Below are positions 39,407-50,275 of a DNA stretch of 64,000 nt, in pieces. The position numbers and the translations under genes were made by a program. Every line of letters begins with the position of its first letter. Within the stretch, counting starts at the first letter, position 1. Location of the stretch: NCBI GenBank assembly GCA_963745835.1, contig CAVUZH010000003.1, positions 352,001 to 416,000 on the forward strand, written 5' to 3'. The notes beneath the pieces were generated by a model that saw nothing but the letters and a program-made list of their open reading frames with translations, was not told where the DNA came from and made no database searches. This DNA is from an uncultured delta proteobacterium (GTDB lineage Bacteria; Desulfobacterota; Binatia; UBA9968).

Positions 39407-39721
39407 TTACTTGCCTTTTAGCCCATCACGGAAGGCAATCGCTTCAAGCTCCACCCGGACAGCGTCCATAACGGGAACCACGGGTCGCGCCTCGAATTCA
39501 AATGCAGGCAACATCGAGCAGAACTTGTGAACCGCCAACGGATCGTCGCAATCCAACATCATATACCCACCCCAATCGCCTACCCGCACCACGAACAACT
39601 CGATCTTGAAATTGTCGGGCGCCTTCCATTGAGTGAAAACCTCCAGTATTCGCTTCTGGGCATTCTCGTATTCCGTAGGCGATCCTTGCGGACGCTCGAA
39701 CCAGCTGATCATGTACTTCAT
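39407..39721 (-). CDS. DUF3303 family protein
   Basis: MKYMISWFERPQGS...FVVRVGDWGGY...FEARPVVPV. Confidence 0.75.
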   Translation of the reverse strand: MKYMISWFERPQGSPTEYENAQKRILEVFTQWKAPDNFKIELFVVRVGDWGGYMMLDCDDPLAVHKFCSMLPAFEFEARPVVPVMDAVRVELEAIAFRDGLKGK

Positions 39722-39886
39722 CGGTATCCTCCTTTATTGAGTTGATGTCATCGGAACCGTAGTCGTTTAAACGGGCTAACCAGCGAGAATACGGACCAGT
39801 ATATTAACGATTAACAAAATCACAGTTGTGCAACTTTGACCTTTTCGACCAACAACTTGTCAATTCAGTTTGCATTCGCGGTTTGT

Positions 39887-39922
39887 CCAATATACCTGAT
39901 CTGTATAGTACCAATATACCTG
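39887..39922. promoter_or_regulatory. 12-bp direct repeat CCAATATACCTG x2, possible operator
   Basis: Exact copies at 39887 and 39911 in a divergent intergenic region. Confidence 0.4.
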
Positions 39923-40203
39923 CACAGATCCGGCTCGCTCACAATCCATACGCCGCACTCCGAACCCCTTTGCCACTTCGATTTAAGACGTGGGTGCAAA
40001 TCATCCTAGTGCTCACATCATTATGACCCAAAGGTCTTGGAGCGCTCCTTTCCTGAGGTCGGACAAACTCTGAAGCCACGTCGTGGCGTTGCTCTTCGAC
40101 TTCTTTCTCTGGTAGAAATTCTCGAATTGAACCGGATTACGAAGTTCGCCGCTTGCACAATTGCCATACCAGATTTCGTTGGTTGCGGCTGAAAGGGCGA
40201 TTC

Positions 40204-41829
40204 ATGGGTCTTCATTATGATTGGATAGCAGTTGGCTCGGGAGCGTCAGGTTTGGCCAGTGCCTTATGGGCGGCACATCGCGGTCTAAAGGCGGTCGTCG
40301 TAGAGAAAGCGGCTGTCGTAGGCGGTGCCACCGCATATTCTTACGGCGGACTTTGGGCGCCCAACAATGCGCTTCAGCGCGCCGCCGGGCTGCACGATTC
40401 TACTGAACAGGGGCTCAAATACCTGCGCTTCCTTTCGGGCGGATTTGCTGAAGAAGAAAAAATGCGCCTGTACGCAACAGAAGCGGCCGTAACGATTGAG
40501 GCATTCGCCCGACTGGGTGTTCCATTTCGAATTATCGAGGGTCTTCCCGACCATTACTTTCCGGGTGCGCCGGGTTCACTCGGTCTCGGTCGCACACTCG
40601 AAGTAGTGCCGCTGCCAAAGAATGCCCTGCCTGAGGGCGCTCCCGCTCTTTTGGAAAGCCCGTACATGCCTGGAGGCGTTTCCTGGTCTGATGCAATAAA
40701 ATGGGGAGGACTTGGCAATCGTTATTTTTGGGCTCGTGAAAACCTCGAGCATGCGGCGTCTCTCTATGCGGCGGGTCAAGGATTGGTGGCGTGGCTGCTC
40801 CTGAAGTGTTTAGAAAAAGGCGTGACCGTTTTGACGCAATCGCCGGCGACAAGGCTCCTGCTGGAGGACGGCGGGATCGCTGGTGCTGAAATAAAAATGG
40901 GAGGCAAAGCCCAACAGATCCAAAGTGATTGCGGCGTCTTTCTCGGCACCGGTGGATATGAAAGCAACCCTGAGTTCGTTCGCGCTTACCAATCGTTTCC
41001 TAATTCCGCTCCGCACCATCCGCCGACCCAGACGGGTGACGGACTCCTCATGGCCGGAGAACTTGGAGCGTTTATTCGGAATATTCCGACCAGCTTGAGT
41101 TCCATGGTCGGCTACTGGATCCCGCGCCCCGGCGGTGAGCCTGAATTTCACTCGGCCGGCATTCAGGAATTGGCCTATCCTCATTCCATCGTGGTGAATT
41201 CTGAAGGCGAGCGATTTGGCAATGAGGCCTTCTTTCAAGAGTTTGTCGTAAAGCTCAGAGAATTTGATGTAGTCACGAAACATCGCTATGCAAACATTCC
41301 TTTCTTTTTGCTGTTTGATTCTCAATTTAGAGAGCGCTATCCGTTTGCCAATATTCCGCCCGGGACGCCGCTGCCGGATTGGGTCAAGCGAGCTGAGTCG
41401 CTTGCCGATCTCGCAGGGCAATTGGACATTGATGCGGGGCAACTTCAGCAAACGGTGGCCAGGTTCAATGATAACGCTCGCGCGGGATTGGATTCGGAAT
41501 TTGGTCGCGGTCAGTCTTTATGGATTCGCAAAGTCGGCGATACGAAACACCCGATCAACCCCAACTTGGGGCCGCTGGAAAAGGCGCCGTTCTACGGGGT
41601 GGAACTGACGCCTACGGAATCATCATCTGCCGGGCTTTATACGGACGTTCACGGCCGAGTCATGCATTTGCGCGGACACGCAATCCCGCACTTATACGCG
41701 GGCGGCACCGTGAGGGTACGCACGGAGTATGGTGCCGGCTATCAGGCGGGTCTAACTTTGCTTGGCGGGATGACCTTTGGAAGGATCGCCGTCGAGCATG
41801 GACTGGTTAGCGATAGGAAGCGGAGCTGA
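40204..41829 (+). CDS. FAD-dependent oxidoreductase, 3-ketosteroid delta1-dehydrogenase-like
   Basis: VGSGASG, GGATAYSYGGLWAPNN, GTGGYESN, FGRG, NPNLGPLEKAPFY. Confidence 0.85.
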   Translation: MGLHYDWIAVGSGASGLASALWAAHRGLKAVVVEKAAVVGGATAYSYGGLWAPNNALQRAAGLHDSTEQGLKYLRFLSGGFAEEEKMRLYATEAAVTIEAFARLGVPFRIIEGLPDHYFPGAPGSLGLGRTLEVVPLPKNALPEGAPALLESPYMPGGVSWSDAIKWGGLGNRYFWARENLEHAASLYAAGQGLVAWLLLKCLEKGVTVLTQSPATRLLLEDGGIAGAEIKMGGKAQQIQSDCGVFLGTGGYESNPEFVRAYQSFPNSAPHHPPTQTGDGLLMAGELGAFIRNIPTSLSSMVGYWIPRPGGEPEFHSAGIQELAYPHSIVVNSEGERFGNEAFFQEFVVKLREFDVVTKHRYANIPFFLLFDSQFRERYPFANIPPGTPLPDWVKRAESLADLAGQLDIDAGQLQQTVARFNDNARAGLDSEFGRGQSLWIRKVGDTKHPINPNLGPLEKAPFYGVELTPTESSSAGLYTDVHGRVMHLRGHAIPHLYAGGTVRVRTEYGAGYQAGLTLLGGMTFGRIAVEHGLVSDRKRS

Positions 41830-41832
41830 GAC

Positions 41833-42813
41833 ATGCCATCGGTAAGACGGAGCATAGTGCTTGCCCTTATGATCCTTGGATTGTTCACTCTGCGCGCGGC
41901 AATCCCCGCGGTCGCGGCAGACAAGCTGGACAAGCTCAGGATCGCTTATGTTTCTCCCATCGGTGCTATGGCACCAATTTGGATGGCCACAGCCTCTTCT
42001 GCCTTCCACAACGAAGCGCTCGATGTCGAACTGGTATTGATTCAAGCGAGCGCTGCGATAGCGGCTATCGTGGCCGGCGAGGTCGATGCGGTGCAGATTT
42101 CCGCCCCAGGTATTGTTCCGGTGGTGCTCGCGGGCGGGAATATCACTATGATAGCCGGACTGCTCAATAAGATGATTTTTTCCTTTCACGCACAGAAGGA
42201 GTTCAAGTTGGCTGAGCAACTGCGAGGCAAGCTCGTGGGCGCAGACCGCCTGGGCACTCCGAACGATTACGGAGTACGGACGGCTTTAACCAAGCTCGGT
42301 CTGAAACCGGAAAGCGATGTTCAATTGTTGCGTCTCGGCGGATCGGCAATCCAGTGGTCCGCGCTGCAATCCAAACAGATTGCGGCGTCGGCGCTAACGC
42401 CGCCTGTGAGCTTCAAAGCGGACGCGCAAGGATACACAAGGCTAACCGACACGTACGACTTGCCCTACCAGAATATCGGCCTAATTGTTAGAAAAAATGA
42501 AGTTGAAAGAAGGGCGGACATCTGGCTACGGTTGTTGCGCGCGGTTCGTCGCGGCATCAACGCGTGGTATGAGAATCCGCAGTTAGCCAAGAGTGTTGTT
42601 GCCAAATACACGAGAGACAACGATCCCGTGACCTTAGAAAAGACTTACGAGTTTTTTACCAAGCAAGCCGGCTTCAATAGGGATCTGACGTTTAGTGACC
42701 GCGGTTTCGAGCAGATTCTCAAATTCTTAGGCGGTACGGTGCTGCCGGCTGCAAAGGATGCGCCCGCAAATCAGTTTTACGATACAAGAATTATCGACAA
42801 GCTGAAAAAATAA
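41833..42813 (+). CDS. NitT/TauT-family ABC substrate-binding protein
   Basis: Signal peptide, APIWMA, LRGKLVG, GLKPESDV. Confidence 0.9.
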   Translation: MPSVRRSIVLALMILGLFTLRAAIPAVAADKLDKLRIAYVSPIGAMAPIWMATASSAFHNEALDVELVLIQASAAIAAIVAGEVDAVQISAPGIVPVVLAGGNITMIAGLLNKMIFSFHAQKEFKLAEQLRGKLVGADRLGTPNDYGVRTALTKLGLKPESDVQLLRLGGSAIQWSALQSKQIAASALTPPVSFKADAQGYTRLTDTYDLPYQNIGLIVRKNEVERRADIWLRLLRAVRRGINAWYENPQLAKSVVAKYTRDNDPVTLEKTYEFFTKQAGFNRDLTFSDRGFEQILKFLGGTVLPAAKDAPANQFYDTRIIDKLKK

Positions 42814-42842
42814 TTTCGGCAAAGTCAGCGGTATAAAGCGTT

Positions 42843-44126
42843 CTACGTCCGCTCCCGGCTGCAGATGTCCAGTGCCATCAGCGCGTAGATTTGCGCTGCC
42901 TTCACCATTACATCGATTTCGATTTCTTCATTTCTTGGGCCGATGCGGCGGCCGCGCGGGCCGATCTTGATGGCCGGAATGCCGAGCTCGTTATAGATAT
43001 TGGTATCGGTCCAGATGCTGGCTCGATCAGGCACCTCGGGTTTGAGCTTTTCTTTAAACAAATACTGATAGACGTCCTCGGCGGACTTAACCAGCGGCTC
43101 GATCCCTTTCCCCTCGTGACCGAGCAGCGATTTGTAAATCTCCATATCGTATTCGAGGCCCGTGCCGTTTAACGCGTTTTCCAGTTCGTACTTGATGGTC
43201 ACCGGCCTGACCTGTGGCGGCATGCGCACGTCGACATAAATCGCGCAGACGCCGGGAAAGTAGTTCGGTCGGTAGGGCGCGCCGCCTTCGATGCCGCCAA
43301 TATTGACCTTGGGATAGAGCGGGCCGGTAGGGGAGTTATAAATGTATTTTTTTTCGAACTCGGCGCCCCAGTGTTCAACGGCTTCGATGATCTTAGTCAT
43401 CTTGACGATCGCGTTGAATTTTTCCATCGGATGGGTCGCGCGATTCGAGCCCCAGGCGGCTTCGGCCTTACCGAAGGTCTGAATCTTGGCTTGGACCACC
43501 CCGGTTTGTGTCCAAACGACGTTCAAATCCGAGCCATCGGCGACCACGGCATAATCCGAGTGCATGCCGTGGGTCAGCAGATGCCGGGTGCCGGCGCCTT
43601 CGCCGCGGTACTCCTTGGTTTGCCAAGGCCCGATCGGAGTTCGCGAGATTTCGCCGACCACCGCCGCAAGAATAACGTCGCCTTTGAGCTTGACCTGACT
43701 TTTCTTGAGGGCTTTGCCGGCCATCATGAAGGCTGCGACGCCGCCTTTCATGTTGGAGATGCCCAAACCCTGGACTTTGTTGCCGACCACTTTGCCCTTT
43801 AGCTCCGACTCGGGCTCCATGTTGGCGACCATGCGCGCGTCTTCCGCCGTACCGGTAAAGCTGGTATCGGTGTGGCCGTTAAAACCCAGGCTCAATCCGG
43901 TGCCATCGCCTTTGACGATGCCTACGGCATTTGGCCGGTCGAACTCGACATCTTGTCGCACGGCTTTGAGGCCGTTGGCCTTAAACCAATCCAAAATGAA
44001 TTCGCCGATGGCTTTTTCCTGGCCGGTAGGGCTGGGAATGCTAGTGAGATCGCAGCCGAGCTGTGCCAGCTCATCGCGATCAATTTGCGCTAACACTTTG
44101 TTTGCCGCTTCTAGATTAATCGTCAC
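42843..44126 (-). CDS. M20 (ArgE/DapE-like) metallo-hydrolase with altered metal site
   Basis: IPSPTGQE, FNGHTDT, GISNMKGG, VVGEI, GIPAIKIGP. Confidence 0.85.
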   Translation of the reverse strand: MTINLEAANKVLAQIDRDELAQLGCDLTSIPSPTGQEKAIGEFILDWFKANGLKAVRQDVEFDRPNAVGIVKGDGTGLSLGFNGHTDTSFTGTAEDARMVANMEPESELKGKVVGNKVQGLGISNMKGGVAAFMMAGKALKKSQVKLKGDVILAAVVGEISRTPIGPWQTKEYRGEGAGTRHLLTHGMHSDYAVVADGSDLNVVWTQTGVVQAKIQTFGKAEAAWGSNRATHPMEKFNAIVKMTKIIEAVEHWGAEFEKKYIYNSPTGPLYPKVNIGGIEGGAPYRPNYFPGVCAIYVDVRMPPQVRPVTIKYELENALNGTGLEYDMEIYKSLLGHEGKGIEPLVKSAEDVYQYLFKEKLKPEVPDRASIWTDTNIYNELGIPAIKIGPRGRRIGPRNEEIEIDVMVKAAQIYALMALDICSRERT

Positions 44127-44597
44127 TTCCTCTTCCTCCTGGTCTGCAACGTCTCATAAGTCGTTAAACTTCATTGGCTTTCGCGGATCCGTTCGCGCGA
44201 TCCACAGTTCGGATATTCCGGCAATTCTCACTTATGGAGTCCATCGTCGAACTCTGATAACTGCCAAAAATCATAAAAACTATAGTGAGAGCAGCAAGTC
44301 AAATGCTCGAGGTGATTCATTTAAGAAAAGATTTCTTAATTCCTCCGGGATGAGAGCTCCGTATTTGGATGCGATTACGAGTCCTTCGGTAAGACTGAGA
44401 ATAGCTCCTACCGGAAATCGTCCCCCAGGCTACGTTTCAAAAAACCTCGGATTGAATCACTACCAAATGCCCGGTCGGAAACCATCTGCTTGAAAAATCG
44501 CCGCTTGCTGTTTACAGTTGCAGGCTACGCTTTACGTCCGGTCGAAACTTCATCAATGCCGATCCCAGAGAAATTCCGCCTGAGTTTAAGGAGATCT

Positions 44598-45104
44598 ATG
44601 GACACGTCCACCATTGTCATGCTGGCGGTTGCGATCGTGGCACTGATCGTTATCTACTGGAAGTCGCCGCAAGCGGCAGGCGATGGCTTGAGCGCGACCG
44701 GGGCATTGATCATCGAGATAACCCCACGCATGATCGCTGCGTTCACACTGGCCGGCTTGATTCAGGCGGTGGTTCCGCAGGAAGTCATCGTTCGCTGGAT
44801 GGGCCATGGATCGGGCGCCAAAGGAATTCTGATCGGCATGACTCTGGGAAGCATTACGCCGGGCGGGCCGATGACGCACTTTCCGGTGGTTGCGTCGCTC
44901 TACAAGGTGGGCATCGGTGTCGGACCTTTGGTGGCTTATCTGACCGCCTGGTCTCTCTTCGGACTGCAGCGAGTCATTATGTGGGAGATTCCTTTTCTCG
45001 GACCTAAAATCGTCGCGGTGCGCGTCGCCGTCAGCTTCTTCTTTCCGCTACTCGCCGGTTGGCTCTGCGAGTTGATCTGGAACAAAATCCATCTTCAGAT
45101 TTAA
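44598..45104 (+). CDS. Predicted permease (DUF318/ArsP-like half-size)
   Basis: Hydrophobic; LGSITPGGPMTHFP, PLVAYLTAWSL, WEIPFLG. Confidence 0.75.
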   Translation: MDTSTIVMLAVAIVALIVIYWKSPQAAGDGLSATGALIIEITPRMIAAFTLAGLIQAVVPQEVIVRWMGHGSGAKGILIGMTLGSITPGGPMTHFPVVASLYKVGIGVGPLVAYLTAWSLFGLQRVIMWEIPFLGPKIVAVRVAVSFFFPLLAGWLCELIWNKIHLQI

Positions 45105-45110
45105 TTCAAC

Positions 45111-46391
45111 GTGAAGCGCAGAGAATTTCTCCGAATGTTGACCGGCGCAGGTTTCGCCATGCCGGCGCTTTTGAATCAGGCGTCCTGCGCGCCCACTCTG
45201 ATTGGCAGCGATCGCGATACCGGTTTGTCACTCTGCTATGTGGCGGGCGACGTGACATCCGATGGCGCGATTATCTGGCTGCGCGCCGAACCGGGCAGCG
45301 AGGTGGTGCTGCACTACAGCAACGATCGTACTTTTAGTCGCTTCTCGTCTGCCGGTCCATTCCGAGTGGATAAAGAGGCCGACCATACTGTGAAAATCGA
45401 GTTGCAGGAGCTCAATCCTGGCACAACCTATTTTTACTATGCTGCAGTAGCCGGGAAAAAACCTGGTTATCTGGCCAGCTTCCTGACCGCGCCAGCTCCG
45501 TCGGATGCCGCCAGAGTTTCATTTTGTTTCAGCGGCGATACTCGGGAAAGCTATCAGCCGTTTACCATCATGAACGCGGTGCGCGCGCAGCGCCCTGATT
45601 TCTTTCTTCATCTAGGCGATACCATCTATGCCGATTTCGGCGGTCAGGCGCGCCGGTTGAGTGACTTCTGGGCGAAGTACCGCGCCAACCGCAACGATCC
45701 CGCTACGCAGTTCTGTTTCTTCGAAACCAGCACGTACGTCGTCTGGGACGATCACGAAGTGGTGGATAATTTTTTTGCCGGCAATCCGCTGGCGCCGATC
45801 GGTAGGAAGGCGTTTCTCGATTACTGGCCGATCCGGCGCCACCCGTATGACGCGGATCGAATCTACCGCTCGTTTCGCTGGGGCCGGGCCATGGAACTCT
45901 TTCTGCTAGACACGCGCCAGTACCGCGATCCGAGAACGGGGACCATGCTAGGCAAAGCGCAGAAGGATTGGTTGTTTGAGAGGCTAGCGGCCTCTTCCGC
46001 GATCTTTAAATTCGTGGCGACTTCCGTGCCGATGGCCGGCGGCGGCATTGACCGCTGGGACGGCTACCCGGCGGAAAGGGCGGAGCTGCTACGCTTTATA
46101 AGAGAGAAGCGCGTAACCGGTGTGATTTTCCTTAGTGCTGATCTCCATTATGCGGCGGTGACGAGCGTGCCCAAAAGCCACGGCCTGAAGGATATTACCG
46201 CCGGTCCGTTGGCTGCGCCTTTGAATCGGGTGACCAACGGGTATGCGCCCCATTTCGATTTTTTTCTCGCCGAGAATTTTAACTTCGCCAAAATAACCGT
46301 GGATCCGGCGCTTAAGCCGGCCCAGGCGTTAGTTGAATTTATCGATCAAGATAATTTAGTCTTTCATACCACCAGGATCAAAGCGGTATGA
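45111..46391 (+). CDS. phoD: Alkaline phosphatase D family protein with Tat signal
   Basis: KRREFL Tat motif, HLGDTIYAD, WDDHEV, LDTRQYR, WDGY, SADLH. Confidence 0.9.
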   Translation: MKRREFLRMLTGAGFAMPALLNQASCAPTLIGSDRDTGLSLCYVAGDVTSDGAIIWLRAEPGSEVVLHYSNDRTFSRFSSAGPFRVDKEADHTVKIELQELNPGTTYFYYAAVAGKKPGYLASFLTAPAPSDAARVSFCFSGDTRESYQPFTIMNAVRAQRPDFFLHLGDTIYADFGGQARRLSDFWAKYRANRNDPATQFCFFETSTYVVWDDHEVVDNFFAGNPLAPIGRKAFLDYWPIRRHPYDADRIYRSFRWGRAMELFLLDTRQYRDPRTGTMLGKAQKDWLFERLAASSAIFKFVATSVPMAGGGIDRWDGYPAERAELLRFIREKRVTGVIFLSADLHYAAVTSVPKSHGLKDITAGPLAAPLNRVTNGYAPHFDFFLAENFNFAKITVDPALKPAQALVEFIDQDNLVFHTTRIKAV

Positions 46392-46399
46392 TGGCGGCG

Positions 46400-47377
46400 C
46401 TACTTGCGCGATGCGCGATGCTCGAGCGCTTCAGGGTTTATGACCCGGGTCAGTTTCCCGTCCATGTAATCGAGGATGTTGGTGACGGCGTTCTCAGCGA
46501 AGCCTTCAAAACCGGAATCGGTTGGCCAGCCAAGATGCGGAGTGAGCACGACGTTACTCAGCTGGAGCAGCGGGTGATTCGGCGGAAGCGGTTCTTCGAC
46601 GAAGACGTCGAGAGCGGCGCCGGCAATGACGCGTTCACTTAATACTTTTACCAGCGCTACCTCATCAACGATGGCGCCACGCGCGGTGTTGACCAGATAG
46701 GCGGATTTTTTCATTAACCGCAGGCGCTCTTCGTTCAGAAGATTCTTGCTTTCCTCGGAAAGTTTCAGGTGGATCGAGATGACGTCGGCGGTTTTCAGGA
46801 CCTCCTCCAGTCCCATGTAGGTCGCCTGTGATTTGCCGGCGCGTTCGGCGGTCAAGGTTGGTCCCCAGGCGATCACGTTCATGCCGAACGCGCGCGCGAT
46901 CGCGGCAACCTCGGTGCCGATTTTTCCCAACCCCAATATTCCCAGGGTCTTGCCCTTGAGAACATAGCCCAGCACCAGCGGCCACTCGCCGCGTCGCATC
47001 GCCTGATCGCTCTGCGGAATCCGGCGCATCACCGCCAGCATCAAAGCGAAAGCCATCTCGGTAGTGCTATTACCCCCGGGCGCCATGGCGACGATGATGC
47101 CCGCTTCGGTCGCCGCTTTCATGTCGACATGATAAACGTGATTGCCGGTTTGCGAGATCAATTCGAGATCCGGCAATTGTTTTAGCAGAGGCGCGTTGAA
47201 TCGAGTGCGCTCGCGAATCGGAATCACCGCGCGAGAGCCGGCCAGGACGCGAACAAGGGCGTCCTGGCTCGGTAATTTCTCGGTCAAGATTTGCACTTCC
47301 GCGTGCTGCTGCAGGCGTTTGATCGCCGGCGCGCTTGCAAGCGCCTGCTGGTAGTCGTCGAGAACTGTAACTCTCAT
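46400..47377 (-). CDS. D-2-hydroxyacid dehydrogenase family protein
   Basis: VLDDYQ, IRERT, GLGKIG, VNTARG, TPHLG. Confidence 0.92.
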   Translation of the reverse strand: MRVTVLDDYQQALASAPAIKRLQQHAEVQILTEKLPSQDALVRVLAGSRAVIPIRERTRFNAPLLKQLPDLELISQTGNHVYHVDMKAATEAGIIVAMAPGGNSTTEMAFALMLAVMRRIPQSDQAMRRGEWPLVLGYVLKGKTLGILGLGKIGTEVAAIARAFGMNVIAWGPTLTAERAGKSQATYMGLEEVLKTADVISIHLKLSEESKNLLNEERLRLMKKSAYLVNTARGAIVDEVALVKVLSERVIAGAALDVFVEEPLPPNHPLLQLSNVVLTPHLGWPTDSGFEGFAENAVTNILDYMDGKLTRVINPEALEHRASRK

Positions 47378-47386
47378 AAACTTAAA

Positions 47387-47544
47387 CTAGCAGACTGCTG
47401 AAAAAGACCCATATGCTTCGTTGCCGCTCAATCGCCTCGCTGCAACGTACTGTAAGTACGCCTCCGCTCGTTGATTTTTTCGGGCGCCTCGCCTCTGGAT
47501 CTTTTTGAGCAGCCTGCAAGAGGCATTATTCAGCACGCTGCTAG
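47387..47544 (+). mobile_element. MITE-like element (about 158 bp) with CTAG ends
   Basis: CTAGCAGACTGCTGAAAAA...TTTTTGAGCAGCCTGC...TTCAGCACGCTGCTAG; homologous to 60254..60407. Confidence 0.8.
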
Positions 47545-47755
47545 TGCAGTGGCTCACGCGGTTGTCTCCTACCCGGAGCATGCCCTGATAAAGGACCCAG
47601 CGCGGCTCCGCCGCACCAAAGCTCGGAGTATCTGCCGCAGCACGTAAAGCCCCCAAAGGAAAATGATTCCGAACTTTGCGTGCTTGGCGCCTTGGCGCCG
47701 AGAAAATCCGCCCGAAGCCGCGAAAAAATAATTGCGCTCGTCAAGAGGCGCTAAA

Positions 47756-48145
47756 CTAGAGTACGGCGATTCCGGCGATTTCGATCATGTAATCTTCGTT
47801 GGCTAGGCCGCTTACGATCAGAAGAGTGCTGGTCGGCGGATCTTTCTTGTAGAGCCCACGGCGCACTTCGTTATATCCCTCGCGGTATTTCCGATCCGTA
47901 ATATAGGTGGTGGTCATCACCAGATTGTCGAACGAGCCTCCAGCGGCTTCTAAAACTGCTTTGATGTTATCGAATACCTGGCGGGTTTGAGCTTTGATGT
48001 CACCCTTGCCGACGACATTGCCATTTTTATCCGAAGCGGTTTGGCCGGCGATAAAAAGCAGCCTTCCGCCTTCTGCTTGTATTCCTTGGCTGTAGCGCGG
48101 CCGCGGATCATTCAAAGACGCCGGTTGGATGGTTTTAGTTGCCAT
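47756..48145 (-). CDS. RidA/YjgF family protein
   Basis: YSQG, FIAGQTA, PTSTLLIVSGL, IEI. Confidence 0.9.
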   Translation of the reverse strand: MATKTIQPASLNDPRPRYSQGIQAEGGRLLFIAGQTASDKNGNVVGKGDIKAQTRQVFDNIKAVLEAAGGSFDNLVMTTTYITDRKYREGYNEVRRGLYKKDPPTSTLLIVSGLANEDYMIEIAGIAVL

Positions 48146-48191
48146 AAATCTCTCCTCCTTGTGCGCGACTTGTTTAGACGATTTGACTTTG

Positions 48192-49196
48192 CTATTTGCT
48201 CGGATAGCGCTTCGCCATCTCGTTGAAGAAACCTTCTTTTTCCAGTTCCTGTAAAAAACTTAGATCGACGAACTGTTCGGGCTTGGCATTTTTCGCCTGC
48301 GGCAGCTGGGGCGCGACGATGTCGAGCATGTACTGAATTCCTTTGAGCGTGGGGTAGGGCTTTTTTGGAATCCATTTGATGTAGCCATTGTAAGAATCTT
48401 CGAGAATCTCAGGATCGTTGGTGCGCATGTATTTGGCGAACACCTGCTGCGCTTCTTTTTTGTTGGCATAAACAAAATAGATCGCTTCGACGAACCCTTT
48501 CAGAGCGTTTTTTACCGTGTCACGATTGCTGGCGATGTAGGAGCGTGATGTAGCAAAGCCGTTTCCCTGAACCTCGACCCCCAAATCCGCGACGTGGAAG
48601 AGTTCGTTGAAACCGGCTTTTCGTGCCGGCGCGGCGGCTGAGGAGGTGAAAAATGTCGCATCAATTCGATTGGCCGTCATAGCTCCGAACCGTTCGGCGT
48701 CCGGCCCGGTGGGCACCAGCGCCACATCTTTGTTGACGTCCAGGTTCAAGATGCTTGAACAATATATTGGCGGCGTTATGAGTCGCCGAGCCGAAACCGC
48801 TGATACCGAATCGCTTGCCCTTTCAGTTCTTCGAGCTTATTGATTCCCTTTGCGAGCGAAAACAATCTGGTCGTACATGGTTTCGACGGCGGCCACCAGG
48901 ACGAGGTTGTAGCCTTGCAGGCTGGCCTGCACCACCGTGCCGATATTGACGATGGGCGGATCACCGGCAACCAGAGCTTGGGTTGCCATCTGGCCGCCGC
49001 GCAGGAAAATCGGCTCGACTTCGAGGCCGTACTTGTTGAACAAGCCCATCTCCTTGGCCACCCAGACGTTGCTTTGCCTGAAGCTCAATGAAGGATAGCC
49101 GATGCGGATTTTCTTCAAAGCCTGAGCGCTGGCGCTGCTATGGCTGACGAGAACGGTCAACGCAACGAGTATCAAAAATCGGCAGATTTTTTTCAT
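48192..49196 (-). CDS. NitT/TauT-family ABC substrate-binding protein; frameshifts near 48750-48845
   Basis: The N-terminal part (48837..49196) and C-terminal part (48192..48749) form one SBP. Confidence 0.85.
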
Positions 49197-49244
49197 ATCC
49201 TAGCTTCCTTCCGAGATGCGCCAGTGTTCAAACTGCGCCGACTG

Positions 49245-50249
49245 CTACTTAACACCGGCCAGCTTCTGTGCTTCTTCCACGAAAGAATTATCGATATATT
49301 CGGTGTAAGCCGGCACCTTCTTGCCTTTGTAGGTTCCTTCCTTGGCGCGCAGATCGAGGGTTTTCTCCATTGCTGCTTTGTTGACCGTGCCATTGCGCGG
49401 AAAGGGCTGAAATTCCTCGACCAAATACTTGTAATCTTGCTCGGCAATATCTCTCTTGCTCTTGAGAATTTTCATGTGAATGGCCAGCGCTTCTTCCTTA
49501 TTTTTCGTATCGTAGAGCCAGTTGGTCGCCTCAATCATGGATTTCAGATAGCGCACGATCTCGTTTCTGTTGGATTTCAAATAATTCATGTGGGCGAAAT
49601 CGGCGGTAAACTGGATTGGACCGAGGATCTCATGGAAGGTGATAAGTTTGGTGAAGCCGTCTTGCTGCGCTCTGAAATTGAATGGCGGGCCCATGAAGGT
49701 TGCCTGCACCGAACCGGCTTTCAACGCGGCATAGCGTTCCGGCGAGGTGCCGACGACCAGATATCGGTAATCTCCTTCTTTCAACTTGAAACCTTTGAGC
49801 AAGACCTCTTCGATCATGTTGGTGGTGCCGCCGGTCAATGTGCTGACTCCGATGGTTTTGCCCTTGAGATCGGCGCCGCTCTTGATTTCGGCTCGGGCCA
49901 TCAGATCATAGGGAATTTTTTCCATATTGCCGCCAATGATTCTGACTTTGGCGCCCTTCTCGATGGCGCCGATCACGTAGTCCGGATTAATGCGGCCAAG
50001 AGGAATGGTTTCGCTAAGTACGGCGCGGGTAGTATTGGTGGCGCCTTGAATGATGATGTTCTCGAAGTGGATGCCGTTCTTCTCGAAAATCTTCTTTTGC
50101 TCGGCAATGTAAATCGGCCAACTGGCTGCCGTATGACCGCTCTGGGCAAAGCGGAGCTTGCTCAACTCGGCACCCAAGGCGGTTGTGGCTGGCGCTATCC
50201 CGAATAGCAGCGCGGCCGAGAGCGCGTAGATCCTGATGTTATCTTTCAT
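49245..50249 (-). CDS. NitT/TauT-family ABC substrate-binding protein
   Basis: Signal peptide, DLKGKTIGVS, RYAALKAGSV. Confidence 0.9.
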   Translation of the reverse strand: MKDNIRIYALSAALLFGIAPATTALGAELSKLRFAQSGHTAASWPIYIAEQKKIFEKNGIHFENIIIQGATNTTRAVLSETIPLGRINPDYVIGAIEKGAKVRIIGGNMEKIPYDLMARAEIKSGADLKGKTIGVSTLTGGTTNMIEEVLLKGFKLKEGDYRYLVVGTSPERYAALKAGSVQATFMGPPFNFRAQQDGFTKLITFHEILGPIQFTADFAHMNYLKSNRNEIVRYLKSMIEATNWLYDTKNKEEALAIHMKILKSKRDIAEQDYKYLVEEFQPFPRNGTVNKAAMEKTLDLRAKEGTYKGKKVPAYTEYIDNSFVEEAQKLAGVK

Positions 50250-50275
50250 GAATTCCCTCCTTGAGTTTGCGGGTG

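Noticed and set aside
47387-47656. 89-aa ORF
   Set aside because: Largely a translation of the MITE and adjacent repeat DNA.
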